Shown: positions 13,430-27,427, numbered from the stretch's first letter. The stretch: DNA of 53,007 nt from Acanthaster planci (GCF_001949145.1 NW_019091360.1:499674-552680), one strand, 5' to 3'. Numbers and translations: made by a program. The notes: generated by a model from the sequence alone, not told the origin.

Positions 13430-13870
13430 TGTAGAGGGAACAGGGAGCTGCTACATACATGTAGCATCCACTACTGCATGTGTACTCCAGTGTGAGACTC
13501 ACCTTTGCGATTGAGCTCTATGTGACGCGATGACCAATGGGCAATTTGCATGAATTGACAACCTGATCCCCAATGTGGTGAGAGATTGGTGATCAGTTTG
13601 AAGCACAAAGTGCTGACCCCACAAGTTCCGGTATTGGAACCATCTCTCACAAGCTCATAGTAGGCTAGGACTTCTGTCTCTCACACAGAGTATAATTACA
13701 TTCTACCAAAGAGAGTTCGTGATGCAAGGGGGAACTTGTGATTGTCCTTCACTTGTAGCACCACAGACTCATGTAGTATGCTGACATGTCGGTCAACACA
13801 ACGACAGGTAAATCTGGGTCAAATGGCTGAAGTGAAACCCTTTTAGAAATGTGTTTATAGAATGTATTGA
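13430..13870 (-). mobile_element. Second Gypsy RNase H remnant
   Basis: LQPFDPDLPVVVLTD.SAY and, after frameshifts, ACERWFQY..LWGQHFVLQTDHQSLTTL. Confidence 0.7.
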
Positions 13871-13928
13871 AACTGCATTGTGCTCCATTCAGTGTTGTAG
13901 TCAAGACTGTAGTATCCTGAGAACAGTA

Positions 13929-15549
13929 CACTGTGTCCAAACTCATAATGCAAATGCAAAGTTCAGTGTTAAAATTGAAATTCCATTGTAAAACACCACT
14001 TTTGGTAAAGTTATTGGTTTCAAATATTATATTTTATATGTCCATTTGCAAATGAAATTCAGAACAAACAATTATTTTCTTCAGATCACTATAATGTTGT
14101 CATTTCTTCATAGCGTTTGTTTTCTACTGTCCAGAGATATTATGCAACAAGTGTGCAGTGCAGTCATATTTTATTATTTTCTCCAGATTATAGGTCATTG
14201 TAAAGCAGAAATCATTTTGATTGCACATTCTGAAAAAAAATAAAAATATCAAAAACAAAACTAAACAAACAGAAAAATAAACAGTTACACTGAGCATCCT
14301 ATTTTATGCTAATAAATGTCACATGTCAATATAGCCACCCTGTTTGCTGATGACTTTCAACAGTCTGCTGTCCACTGTTTTTGTCAAATTGTTTATTGTT
14401 TCCTTCAAAACATGTGCTGCTGCTTCCTTCATTGCATCCCACAATGCATCCTTGGAGTTGNNNNNNNNNNNNNNNNNNNNNNNNNNNNNNNNNNNNNNNN
14501 NNNNNNNNNNNNNNNNNNNNNNNNNNNNNNNNNNNNNNNNNNNNNNNNNNNNNNNNNNNNNNNNNNNNNNNNNNNNNNNNNNNNNNNNNNNNNNNNNNNN
14601 NNNNNNNNNNNNNNNNNNNNNNNNNNNNNNNNNNNNNNNNNNNNNNNNNNNNNNNNNNNNNNNNNNNNNNNNNNNNNNNNNNNNNNNNNNNNNNNNNNNN
14701 NNNNNNNNNNNNNNNNNNNNNNNNNNNNNNNNNNNNNNNNNNNNNNNNNNNNNNNNNNNNNNNNNNNNNNNNNNNNNNNNNNNNNNNNNNNNNNNNNNNN
14801 NNNNNNNNNNNNNNNNNNNNNNNNNNNNNNNNNNNNNNNNNNNNNNNNNNNNNNNNNNNNNNNNNNNNNNNNNNNNNNNNNNNNNNNNNNNNNNNNNNNN
14901 NNNNNNNNNNNNNNNNNNNNNNNNNNNNNNNNNNNNNNNNNNNNNNNNNNNNNNNNNNNNNNNNNNNNNNNNNNNNNNNNNNNNNNNNNNNNNNNNNNNN
15001 NNNNNNNNNNNNNNNNNNNNNNNNNNNNNNNNNNNNNNNNNNNNNNNNNNNNNNNNNNNNNNNNNNNNNNNNNNNNNNNNNNNNNNNNNNNNNNNNNNNN
15101 NNNNNNNNAAGTTCACATGCTTCGAATACCTCTCTACTGATTGCTAGAGGATTTCTGATAACATGACGGCGAATCTGTTGAAGGTGCCGGGCATTAATTT
15201 TTTGATATTTTGATTGAACGCTTTTTTCGACCACTTTCGCAGTTTGCTAAAAAAATTTTCACAGTACGGTGATCTCTGGAAAGGCACTTGGCAATATCCA
15301 ATGTAGATTGGCCCTATGAAAGCAACTGCACAATTTTTACTGTACAGTGGACTGTTGCATAATAACTCTGGACAGTGTTTTCTGAAAATAACTCACATTT
15401 GGACTTGTATCTCATGAGTTACAGACAATGCTTCTCCTATTGCAGTTCTCACATGTCCACTGAGGCATGGAGAGCAGTTGGGGCATTATGGAACACGTTG
15501 TGTTACTTCAACAAAAACACATACTTGCATAATAAGCTTAGACACAGTG
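13929..15549 (-). mobile_element. Full-span Tc1-like DNA transposon with IR-DR ends and decayed transposase (centre in gap)
   Basis: TA|CACTGTGTCCAAACTCATAATGCAA ... TTGCATAATAAGCTTAGACACAGTG|TA. Inner repeats at ~14127-14150 and ~15351-15378. Transposase remnants TLDIAKCLSRDHRTVK, RHVIRNPLAISREVFEAC and SKDALWDAMKEAA..INNLTKTVDSRLLKVISKQGGYIDM*. Confidence 0.9.
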
Positions 15550-15779
15550 TATACGTAGCTCATCATTTGGGGAACACACACAAGTGCATTGTGGGAAGGC
15601 TACCAACTGCATGAAAAACACGACCGGAGAAACATCCTCCTTTTTCATACCACAAAGTCTGAGCCAGAGTGGAGAGGATGTGCGGGCACCGACTGTTTGG
15701 GTAGGTATTCCTTAGCAGACTCTCCCACACTACTGTGGGGGAGATGTCCACTGCACTCATCCTACCCAAACGCTACTTT

Positions 15780-16130
15780 AGCAGAGTAGCACTGTACCCA
15801 GAGGAGGGATGGCGAAGATGCACTGAATGTGAAGAACAATATGATTAATGTTTGAAAAGTCTTAAAGAAAAAGGGGGAATATTGAAGACCTACATGTACC
15901 AAATGGAGAAAGCCAACAGTTAGATCTGGAGGTGGCATCATGCATGGATGCATCATGCATGTTTACCATGCGATACATGGACATTGTTGGCCCATTTGCT
16001 GTTGTGATCCGAGTAGCACTGTGTGAATTGTCCATAATTCTTGTGACTTGCCGAATGTAGCAATTTTTACATACATGTAGATTAAGACAGGTTTTCATCA
16101 CTTTTTGAGATAATTTTGGAAACTGTCGTC
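15780..16130 (+). mobile_element. Possible highly decayed second Tc1 transposase fragment
   Basis: KPTVRSGGGIMHGC resembles the Tc1 motif (K)PTVKHGGGSVMVWGC. Flanking sequence is frameshifted. Confidence 0.4.
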
Positions 16131-17121
16131 CTCATTCATGTCATTCAATCAGCACAAAAAATTGACCCCCCCCCAAAAAAATTTCCAGCCTATCGACCCT
16201 GTTTTTGAGAGGCATGTAATCGGAGCACAAGTTTTTTTGGCATAATTAAAGACTGCCATGCATGCTGTAGGCCTACATGTAAGTTAAACGACCACAATAA
16301 TCTTGGATTCCGAGAGATCTTGGGCAAGTGTTGATCCAATTCGGGCATGCAATTTATAGCATGGCCTGCCCGATCGGGCAAGCTAAAAAAAACAAAAAAA
16401 ATTGTCGCGACTTGACAAAAGCTGCAATATTTCCATGTTTTCCTACCACAAGAACTTTTTGCTGATAACTAATGCAAGGGTAGTTACCATATTTGATGAT
16501 TAAAAAAGCATTTATGTTTTGAAGTGAGAGTTTCTGACTAATATGTATGTAACTGCAGTCAATTTACTACACAATGAAGTGCAGTTTATTCGACGAACCA
16601 GCCTTTCACCGTGGAAGGAAGCGAACCAAACTTGAAGGTAGTTTTGCTGACCACTACTCAAAGCGGTGAAAAGATGCACACTTTGGTGGCCATTTTTTAT
16701 CTGCAAATCGACAGGGCACTCTGGAACGTCATGTGGTCCATGCATTTTTTTGCAAAAAAATTACGAGTTGTGCTTTGAGTGTTAAAAATGAGCAGCAATT
16801 TTCTTATTTTTCTTAAAGCTGTGTACTAAAAAAAATGAAACAAGTCGATGGAATGATACCCAAAGTAAATGGCAAACCCCCAAATTATAAACAGCAAAGA
16901 CAAATTATGCTTGAAAGTCAAGATTTTCCTTGATATGATTTTAAAGCTGGTAGACTGTACTGAAAAAAAAACAATCTTACACAATTCCTCAACAGCACCC
17001 AATCAATTTAAAATTTCATAAATAACTCATCAAATTCATTTCTAAAATACTTACCATAACACTTGTCATTGTTCATATAAATCATATGAACCCTAACAAC
17101 AAAAATACGAAGTTACTTTAC

Positions 17122-17235
17122 CTGCAACTCCTGATCGGATAAGTATTTGTCATCAGGCAGATTAGCTCCATGAACAACAAGCAACTTCATGTCATTACGA
17201 TGAAGAAAGGCCAGATTGGAACTCAGGGCCTTCAG
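17122..17235 (-). CDS. NAGS: N-acetylglutamate synthase, coding exon 3 (LKALSSNLAFLHRNDMKLLVVHGANLPDDKYLSDQELQ)
   Basis: Matches human [21 protein letters not shown]. Acceptor gtttctttag|, donor CAG|gtaaag. 114 nt, phase 0-0. Not in the ORF track. Confidence 0.92.
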
Positions 17236-18229
17236 CTAAAGAAACAAGCAATGAAAATAATTATTACTTTTTGGATAACAGTGAATGGAATACATGTACG
17301 GGGGGTAAGCTCTGTTATTTCATGTACATGGAAATGACTTTCTTTCAATTTCCTTACCATAGTTTTGAACAAACATTTCCAATTTCAGGGATGGCCCTGG
17401 AGAAATGTTGGGGTGAAGATAAGCCACAATTCCCTGAGATTCACCCCTGCACCACTCCTGAGATTGCTCTTTTCTGAGGCAAGTTCAACCCTGCTCAGGT
17501 CCAGGGTTGAAACTCCTGTCCCTGGGTGAGAAACTTACATATATCCTGGGGCAGGAACACTAATGTGATACAGGGCAGGGGTGACTTTGTTCTGGGGCGA
17601 GCAATGACACGTACATGTAGGTCACCCACAAAATTTAATTTGATTTACATACTGACCATAACAAATGCACAACATGAATGGCACGCATCCTGTTACAACC
17701 ACACGATGTGGACACCACACATACATGTACAGCAATCCTCTTCAAGAATGACTGATTCCATGTACATGTGTATATGTACATGTACATGTAGTTCCCCCTT
17801 CCAGAGAACTGAAGGAAAACTTTCCATCTCCCCATAAAAATTTCAATCTTCCACTTCCTTAAATGCACATATGGCACTCCTGGACACCCATGTGCAGCCT
17901 GCAGCACTGATTGGCTGGGTGGTGACCAAGTATCATGGTCACTTCCTTCTGAATGACTAAGTCACCCGGTAGGAAGTGCAACTTCACTCCCTTTGTTCAC
18001 CTTGGTTGTGCCTCCAGCCATTCCTTGATGAGCAGCAAGTGAATATACACATACAAGTACAGTATCCTGGTCCTATGCAACATTTTTTTTGCATTTTACA
18101 TTCTCTTTGTCAAGATATTGAATTGCGCAAAAGCCTTTGTAATTGTCAGGATTTTTTTGGGGGGGTTCTTCTTTTTGGGCCCAAAGCCCATAGACTTTGC
18201 ACACGTTTTTTATGTGCAGGACTTTTGCC

Positions 18230-19700
18230 ATTAATCTTTGTTGCACAGCATTCAAAGTTGGCATAGGCATCTTCATTATTGCATAGATGTATGCCGAAGC
18301 GTGATGTCATGATGACATCATCAAGTGATTTATAATTGTTTTTTAAATATTTATTTAAGCCCATTCACTTTGTACAATTTTCGAGGCACTATTTCGGTAC
18401 TTTAGCAATCGTTGATCATCGTCAAAGTAGAGCATGCACTGACTACAAAATGAAGATAATACTGAAATATTTACGTCATGATGATGTCATCAAGTGATTT
18501 ATTGTTAAATATTGAATATTTAAATATTCTGTTAAATTTATAAAAATCCATACAAAATCGACTGTGGCCTATTTGCAGCATGTGGCAGGATAAAATGTGG
18601 TCATGAATTCATCTCGTGTGGGTCAAATCACGTAACCCTTTGTTCCGGTCGAAACCGGAAGTGGTCTATTGTTTAAAAATGGTAATAGGTATCAAGTTAT
18701 TTTCAACGGTGTTAGTCTGTTGGGGTATTGTATTCTTCAAATCATCTACTGATGACATCACCTCATTATCGAGTGCCCTCTAGCGACAGGTTAAAACAAA
18801 TTTTGAATAGATGTCTGTGGCAAAGTATGTTCGAATCGCCTGAAAATTGATGTAAATGATCATCTTTACCCTGTCAACATGTGTGTGAAGTTTTGGGCTG
18901 ATGACGTCATCAGACCGGAAGTTACAATAAAAATTTCTTTTATTCTTCAAAATTTGGTAAATATCAACCAAAAGAGACATAAGCATGAATTGTGCACGAG
19001 ATGACAGCTAAAACATTGGAGTCAGCTGCATGAAGTGCATAACTGGAGTACTTTTTCACACATGTGAAGCGCCGCCGACAAAATCCCCCTTAAAATATAA
19101 ATTGCCAACTCGGAAATCCCATTTTGCATGCTGTGCATACGCTACTGTGTGTGTGTGGATGCCAAATATCAGTGCCTGCAACATAGACAGCGCAGAGTGC
19201 GTAGGGCATATACTCAGGACTTGGCAAAATGCCCACCACGTGCTGCCAAGAGCAGATCGCATTGTATGGAATGCCAAAAGGGACAAATGTTTAAAAATCT
19301 AATCTGTGCCTTTTCCGTGATATGTATAATGTTTTGTATTATATATTGTGTTGTACATGACTTATTGGGTTGAAACCTTGCAGGTAGTTAGGAAGGGAAG
19401 GTTTAGAAACAGAAATTGACCTCATGTGATGGCAATGCCATCATGTGACATTAAAGGTGCACACTTCCAGGCTCTATATCTCCTGAGGTGAATGTCCGAT
19501 TGGCTTCAAATCTTGCAGATTTCTAGAAAAGGGAGTGCTTTAGAGGTATACTGACCTTGCCTGATGATTACATCATCAGGAGACAAGTCACGTGACCTTA
19601 AATGTGTACTCTTTAAGACCCTGTATCTCCAAAAGGACACGCACGCGTTGTGCGCATGGATCATTTTTGTGTAAAAACACGTGGTCAGCCAACTCCCTGT
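18230..19700. repeat. Interspersed repeat with recurrent GATGA(C/T)(G/A)TCATC / ACCGGAAGT modules (probable non-autonomous DNA element)
   Basis: Repeated 'tgatgacatcatcaagtgattta' (~18311, ~18480), 'gatgacgtcatcagaccggaagt' (~18900) and 'aaccggaagt' (~18653). No ORF. Boundaries are approximate. Confidence 0.45.
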
Positions 19701-21431
19701 AAGATATGATGCAGTGAATTGATTCTAGCCCCAGGGACCACACTATTTTTCATAGATTTTTGCATGATTGAGTTTCTCAAACTCATTGAAACTCTGCGAA
19801 AAAAGGTGAATCTTTCTGGAAGTTTGATCCACTAAAATCGGGCATTTTTTTTCAAGTGTAATTTTGGAGACTTTCTAGTACATCTACAAGAAACTAGGTA
19901 TTATTTTTTGAAAGAATGGGTCAGAAACACTTTGGAAAGATTGAGGTTAAGATCTGACTGCCGAGCGATGAAGTACACCGTGATTTTCCGAATTTTGATG
20001 GCTGGGCATGCCTGTAGCTGTACAGCGGCCGGTCAACATGGAGTCTGAAACATGGAGCCTAAAATGTGCTGCCGTACATGGGTGGAAATAGACTGCCTTC
20101 TGAGATTTTGTCTATGATGTAATGAGTTATGGTAATCACTGTTTTTATTACTGCTAACAAGTATTATATTTGGTGGCTCTTCTGACTTTGTTCCTCTCCA
20201 TTCTTACTAAAACAATTGTACATTCAAACACAAATAAAGTGTGGTAGGGGGATGTTTTGGCAACTGTTCGACTACCTGACTACAAGTGAAATTTTTCCTA
20301 CTTGTGAAAAGAAGGTGTGAACATTTTTCCCACTGAGAGGAAAATTTTTCACAATTCTGAAATAAATATTCCTTTTCTCGGATGAGAAAGTGTGAAAAAT
20401 TATCCCACTTTTGAGGTGAACTTTAAATTGCACTGTACTGTATCTAATTTGGGTTTTCTGTACCATAGTGCATGCAATATGGATTATGTGCAAAGCATAG
20501 GGAACCCACCAAAATGGCCTATTTTGGAGCTTGTCATGCCCTCTGTACACATGTGCACAATGCACTGTTAACGGGAAACACAAAGTTTGTACAATGTATA
20601 TATGCTTCCTTCTTTCTATTATAGCACAGCAGTTATTATGGTTGTGAAGGGACCTCATGAATATGGATAAGTACTCTCAGGGCTCCGCCAACTTTACCAT
20701 GTTTACTGCCACTGATCTTGACCCGATCATGCCGCGCCAATGGACAAGGGAAACACTGCGTTCATGGCTTAAGCACACGGCTTTCCAGCATTCCAGTAGC
20801 CAATTTGGCAAACTGGTAAATATCTGCTACTTGTAGGGAGGCACTGGGTATTTTGGTGATCCTTCCATGAATACCATATATTTTATTTTGCGTGAAAATT
20901 GGGGACAAATTGCTTCTTGTCAGTGACTTCAGTCATATAACTTTTTCTCAAGTGTTTCTGGTGTCGTTTCAATGTACGTGCATGAAGTACGGCATGGGTG
21001 GACCGGCGCGTTTACATGCCATGGATGCATGAACTGTTGTACATTGTACTTTTCCGCTGTGACCCCTGACCCAGGGCTTGCAGTTGTACGTACTTTTGTA
21101 GTTTGCTGTCATTGGGCGACAAAACTGCATGAAGAACGTTGCACATTTGGATCATTATGGGTTTACATTAAAGATAATCATTCTTTTGGTGCTGTCATTA
21201 TTGTTATATTTTTTCATGCTAGAATTTAATGTCATATTGCAGTACAGTCTTGAGTGCATGCAGCACATCAAGTACATGTAATTAATCCAGACAAGATTAT
21301 TGGCGAGGTGCAAGGTGAGCTTGATGTGTGTCCACATTATTGGACCATGAGATTTTCTTATAACTTATAATTTGAATCACATATGATTATACTGATCACA
21401 GATGACTGCGTGATACATGTTATTTTTATTC

Positions 21432-21576
21432 AGGATTTTGTCACAGCTGGGATTTTGTCACGGCTGGGATTTTGTCACAGCTGGGATTTTGTCACAGCTG
21501 GGATTTTGTCACGGCTGGGATTTTGTCACGGCTGGGATTTTGTCACGGCTGGGATTTTGTCACGGCTGGGATTTTT
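21432..21576. repeat. 17-bp tandem repeat (CTGGGATTTTGTCAC[A/G]G), ~8.5 copies
   Basis: Directly visible; units differ only at one A/G position. Confidence 0.95.
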
Positions 21577-22069
21577 TTAAAGCTGGAGATCGATAAACCC
21601 AAGATCAAGTATATCAAGTATGATTGACAATACTGGAGGGTAGCACCTCACCCAACATGGGCTCAGGGCTCATGTACCCCCGAACCGATGCACACGCGTC
21701 ACTTCACTTCAGTTGTATGTAGTGCCACGGTTGTTGGAAACACCAAAATGGTTACTTTTGTAGCTCTATATACATGTACATGTACATGTAGTTGTTTGGT
21801 GGTTGGCGTCGCCATTTTAACAAGCAACAGAAAGCGACCACGACTTTGCTGAATCTTAGCGCAGGTGCACCAACTAAATTGAAGAAGCGAATTATACATG
21901 ACCAACTTTTGCTGCATGTCCAACTGTACTCCCATGGGAAGTACACAATGTTATGGCCCAGATTCAATAAAAGACCTCCGCAGGGCCTGACGGAATTCTT
22001 GCACGCATAATACTGTAGGTGCATTTTCTGTCAAACTTGTTACTCCACTCACTCATATACATGTAATAC

Positions 22070-23760
22070 ACACGTCCCTTCATGAAGCTGGTGTTCCAAA
22101 AAAGTTTAAACATGCGATTGTGCTAATCCCCAAGACCAGCCCTGTCAGTGGACACATTGCTGCCTATTTCACTAACCGATAACTTTGCAAAAGTTGCCGA
22201 ATTATTAATTGTTAAATGGATCCTTCAAGATATCAACCCAAGACATGATGAGAATCCAGTTGGCAACAGGAAATTATCAACTAGTTACTACAGTGCCTCA
22301 TTAATATGCTTCACCTGATATACCTTAATGCTGTAAAAACTGAATCATCATCTTCTCTAGTAATCAAAGACTTCACAATGGCATTTGACAGAATCGATCA
22401 CACAATCGATCAGTTAATTGATTTCAGAGTGAGACCTGCTATCATTACATAAATTTATAACTTCCTTTGGTTGCCAGCAATCACTCCACTTGTTCTGACT
22501 GGTTAATACTTAAATGCTGGGGTTCCCCAGGGCGTGAAACTCAGACCAATTATTTTTTGTTAACCACTACCAGACGGGGACTCCGAAATTGGAGCCGTAT
22601 GGTTTATATGTGTGGCCGGGGTCTCCGAACTCGCACAAAGGAAACAGGGCCCTGTAACAAAAGACCGTACTCCGAACAAAAGACCAGGCTGCTGGGCATT
22701 GCCGGTATTTTTCACTCTCAAAGTGGTGATAATCCAGCGTTATTTTGAAACTGTATACCAGGGTTTGGGGTATTTAGAGCAAGCGGATTACCACCGCGGA
22801 CACAAGCTCTCCACCACCGCAGNNNNNNNNNNNNNNNNNNNNNNNNNNNNNNNNNNNNNNNNNNNNNNNNNNNNNNNNNNNNNNNNNNNNNCCGTGCAGC
22901 TATAAACGACTGTTAAATGGAATGATGAATTGTTGAAGGATTTTGAAAACGGAAAAAATGATAGTCATGCCGGCCCAGTATCCTCAACGTTGAAAAATGC
23001 CCAGGCACGAAGTGGTTAATAATTAATGATGCAAACCCTTCTCATAGACTGCACATATTTAAATACATTGGCAATTTAACATTGGTTGAATGCTAAGGTG
23101 CTGATCACCATCATACTGTACGTGCATATCCAACCTGCAGTAGAAATCTAACTCACAGTAGATAACCTTGCGGAATGGTCTGACAGCAATAAAATGAAAC
23201 TAAATTCTGTAAAATGTGTTACAATGGGCATTTCCTACATGTATGAAAAATCCCATGAACTGGCACAACATCATTATCGATAATTAAAATCTAGCCATTG
23301 TGAGTGTTGCAAAGGCATTAGGCGTTTACATCCAAAATGATCTGTAATGGGAAACATGTTACTTATTTTTGAGATGCGCCAACAGTAAGTTACATGTACA
23401 TGTTTATACTGCGTCTTATAAAGAGACATTACATGCACCGGTACATGTACAATGAGAGGATTTATTACATGTAGGATATACATGTACCAGGCCTCTCACG
23501 GAATATACGGCACCAGTCTGGAGTACAACCCTGACACAAAATCAAATTGAATGTATCAAGACAATTCAGAAACATTCACTGCAGATACACGTAGCATTCG
23601 GATCCACTTACAGTACACAACACAAGACGAAATACTTTCCTTCTGTTCGTTCCAATCTGTGGAAGATCACAGACAATCACTATACACTGTATGTTTCATT
23701 TATTGACAAACTTTACAGGAAACTAACTAGTTCAAAGATTTCCTCCCTTCTAATACCAAT
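22070..23760 (+). mobile_element. Decayed CR1/L2-group LINE reverse transcriptase, interrupted by a TTAA-type MITE
   Basis: VLIPKTSP, KWILQDINP, KDFTMAFDRIDH, SDWL.LNAG.PQG, then after the insertion IND..., NLAEWSDSNKMKLNSVKCVTM. Confidence 0.8.
22564..23015 (+). mobile_element. piggyBac-type MITE family A, copy 1
   Basis: TTAA|CCACT...AGTGG|TTAA with an intact TTAA duplication; internal gap. Homologous to copies at 27274, 28860 and 31414. Confidence 0.8.
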
Positions 23761-25619
23761 GTCAGGGACTGCACTGCATACAGGAGTTGCGCGAGGAAAC
23801 ATAAGTCAAAGCATTGCTGATTAGCGTGACGAAGTATGATATTTGCTGTGTTAGTGTATTGCTAGTAGCCTCTCCTCAAGACCACGCAAAGCAATAACAG
23901 TTGTATTAAAACTTTACGCAGTACAAATTATCCCTAATCATGTAAACAATTAATTGTTTGGTTAATGTTCAAAAATCTCATTGTTGTTTGAGGTCACCGG
24001 CATCTAATTGCGGAGAATGCACGGAAGAAGAAAAATCAAGACGGGAACTAGGACACTAAAACATACGAGCAAAGGACAATAAAGGAACTAATTTGGAATA
24101 ACATTTAATTATTAGCTTAAATCACCAAGCAGTAAATTAAAACAAAGTAAATCTAGTGGTTTGCTGCAACTTAAACTTGTCATGCAAGAACATTGTGAAT
24201 TTGAACAGTCAAAAGCATAAAAGGAAATTATTTACATTAGCACAGCCAAGCACAATTAATTGCACTGAAAATTAGCAAGCCGGCAAAAACATATTAATAC
24301 GCAAAGAGGCAAATTATATTCGGTCGAGTATAATTACCTTAAGGAGCCAACACAAGAGAGGAAGAAAATTAGGCCCCGCCCAGTCAGTGCCATGCCTAAA
24401 AGAGCGCGGTCGTCGGGCCAAGCACCTCCGCACTCCGCGCCAGAACAGCCCAGTTCAGACAAGCAGATCAGTGTCGATCCCCGAGATTCGGCTTCCACGT
24501 GGAGCCACGACACTCCAGGGTCCACGGTCCCTCAGCGGTGTCAGCCTTGGCCACGTTCCGGCAGTAATCGAGGCGTAGACGACAAGGAGGTGCTGACCCA
24601 ACGCCGGCTATTTCGGAACGCACATGCTAAAAGCATATAGGCACTGACCGAGAGCGAAATCAATGACTATGGAGTCTTTTATAGGTTTTTGGAACATGCG
24701 TAAATTCCACACGAACCTTTTCAGGGAGACACAAAAGGATTTGGATAAACTGGGATTGTAACAATTGCAGCATTGGTAGAAAGCATCACAGTCATCATAA
24801 TTGATGGTACATGTACTGTATATTTCCACCAAAACAGATCTGCTCCCTTAGCCTTTACATGTAGGTCACTCTGAGTGATCTCTGGACCAAGGACATGGAA
24901 GAGGAACCTGAGTTCAGTCTTGAATGGAGACCCCAACTGGTTTCAGACTTGACCCCTCGAACTTACAAGGTTAGGCCCAGGGAAGCAACCCGCCACAGTA
25001 TGTACACACATGTATATTACATCACCCCCATAAGCCTAAAGTTTGCACAAATGCAGATATATAGAGCTATAACATAATGATTGCACACTTTATTGTACAT
25101 GTGCACTTTCCTATGGGGGCTACCCGTAGATGGATTGTCTCTACCTCATATACATGTACCATGTATGCCCACAAGCTACAGGACCAACAAAGTAACATTT
25201 TGGAGATCTACGATGTAGTTTAAAACACAACTCTGCTGTCACTCTTGCCCTCTCATAAGCACATACATGTAATTTGTTGCTTTTAAAACTAGTGTTCAAA
25301 GATTTTCAGTAAATAAGAATGATGAAATATTTCAAGTAATGCTGAATTTACAGTGTACATGTACAGTATTTTTCCTGCTACCGTGTGTATGTTTTCCCTC
25401 CTTAAAAAATCTGGAACTGCAATGTTAACCCAAGGTATTAAATTTATAGGCATTCTTTTCCAGAGTCAACAGGAAAAAAAATGCACTTTCAAATTCACAA
25501 CACATTACTCCCCGTGTTATAGATACATGTACATCTACATGTAGGCAGTACATGGACCTCCTTTAGTCTTTGCAAGAAAACCTGGTTGATTTGAAAGGAT
25601 TTGGGGGATTAAGTTATTA

Positions 25620-26038
25620 GGACAATTCCACTGTTGCGGACGTTACGTTTGTACACAACTTTGAAGTTTCAATTAAAAAACAAATTAACTTGTGGTGGAA
25701 AAAACAGTGCATTTGCTCTTATACCTGTCGCCAACGGTGTATATTCAAATGTTAAACTTATTAAAGAAAATTTGTTTTAGCTTCACTGATTTTGTTAATT
25801 AAAGCTGTTACGGATGTTACATTTTATGTTACGGACATTACATGTATGGAAATATACATGTAAAGAAAACAAAAGTAAAGAATTACTTTTATTAGTTATA
25901 ATTTTCCATGTGATATTGCTATGATATCCCCCGGATTCATTCAATTGAGGTTTACCCCTAAGCAGCAATCATGGAGAAAAAATTGGAAAATCAATTTGCA
26001 ACTTTGGCAGTCATGGCACTGTTGGAGTGGAATTGTCC
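25620..26038. mobile_element. MITE with GGACAATTCCACT terminal inverted repeats
   Basis: GGACAATTCCACT ... AGTGGAATTGTCC, with internal (GTTACGGA[T/C]) repeats. Confidence 0.65.
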
Positions 26039-27273
26039 ATCACACCTGCTGGTATACATGTACAAGCCAGCACCCTTTATGAAGGCTCATTCATGAGTAA
26101 TCTTTATGGACCTCTCTCACTGGACACCATCTTTGTAGAATAATTAAACTGTGTATTCAATGCATGAGGTGTGCGTGTGTGCAGTGTGCACATGTTCAAT
26201 ACACACACATGTTGATCCAAATATATTTGAAATACGTGTATGGCATGGCTGATACGCATCACGAAAATTTGAAGTCCAAGCTGCGGATGCATGTACATGT
26301 GGCAATCTGTAGAAAATCACATCATTTGAGAGAAACCTATTGTCAAGGAACTTGCTTGACTCCCCTTCGAACGTTTATGGTGCAATAAACTTTCCTGAAG
26401 ATGTTCTGAATAAAGAACTAAATATTGAATCAAACATGGCTTTCATTAGTCTTTATGGAGTCTGCATAATATTGAGATAAACTGGCTTTTTTATGCATTT
26501 CTAGTTTTTAAACAGACGGCAATTTTATTGCATTTATGACATTGAAGAATTCTGTACAATTAACATACATGTACATGTATGTATCTCATTACTTTGCCAG
26601 CCCACGAGGAAATATTGCTTTCTTTTTCAAGGGGCATCAAAATCTGAAAGGAGGCTAAGCTTTAATTCCTCTCAAACCATTTATAGGAATTTTCAGGATT
26701 CAGGGGGTAATCTACAAGTCTTTGTCAACAAAAGGGGTAAAGTCTTCTCGGTTTGCTCTACGTGGATGTGTTGCAGTATTTATACCTTGTGTTAGTAGCC
26801 TCTTCCACAAGCAGCACTAACATTTCAGCAGTTAGCTTTTCCCTTCTTATATCATGGTTCAAAAGGTTAAGTTGGTCAACAACACAAGCTTGACAGCAGG
26901 CATGACACAGCACGCTTGTTGGAAAAACGGCAAACCCATACACTGGTACACAGGCAGTGGGCATTAGACCTTACTGCCTCAACCCAGCTTGAGGCATTCC
27001 TATCCCATTGAGCCTTTACAGCTAGACTTCAGAATTGTAAAATCCATCAAAAATTGGACTACTCGGGTGCCGCACTGCACCGCTTGCGTCTGTTCGTGCA
27101 ATCCCTGGTGAACATGCCTAAAGCTACATTCTTCCTACAAGTACGTGTGTGCAGACTAGCAGCTTCGACATGTGGCCGTTAGTCTTGTTTCAAGGCAGAG
27201 ATGAAAAACTTTGAGAATTGCTCATATGACCTTCAATTCACTCAATAGGTTGAGTAGAATTTTTTTCCTTTAT

Positions 27274-27427
27274 CCACTTCCTACCGAGGACTCCGGGATC
27301 GGAGACGTATGGTTTATATGGGTGGCCGGGGTCTCCGAACTCGGACAAAGGAAACAGGGCCCTGTAACAAAAGACCATACTCCGAACAAAAGACCAGGCT
27401 GCTGGGCCTTACCGGCATTTTCCACTC
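27274..27427 (+). mobile_element. MITE family A, copy 2 (runs into gap)
   Basis: Near-identical to 22564-22716: CGTATGGTTTATATG.GTGGCCGGGGTCTCCGAACTCG.ACAAAGGAAACAGGGCCCTGTAACAAAAGACC. Confidence 0.8.

Noticed and set aside
21432..21576. CRISPR-like array
   Set aside because: Head-to-tail 17-bp units without unique spacers, a eukaryotic context and no cas genes.
24830..25000. Possible second SINE on the minus strand
   Set aside because: A and B boxes are not clearly identifiable and there is no second copy in the window.
26700..27040. Possible pogo/Tigger transposase remnant (GIRPYCLNP..IP)
   Set aside because: Only a weak single motif; too decayed to support a call.
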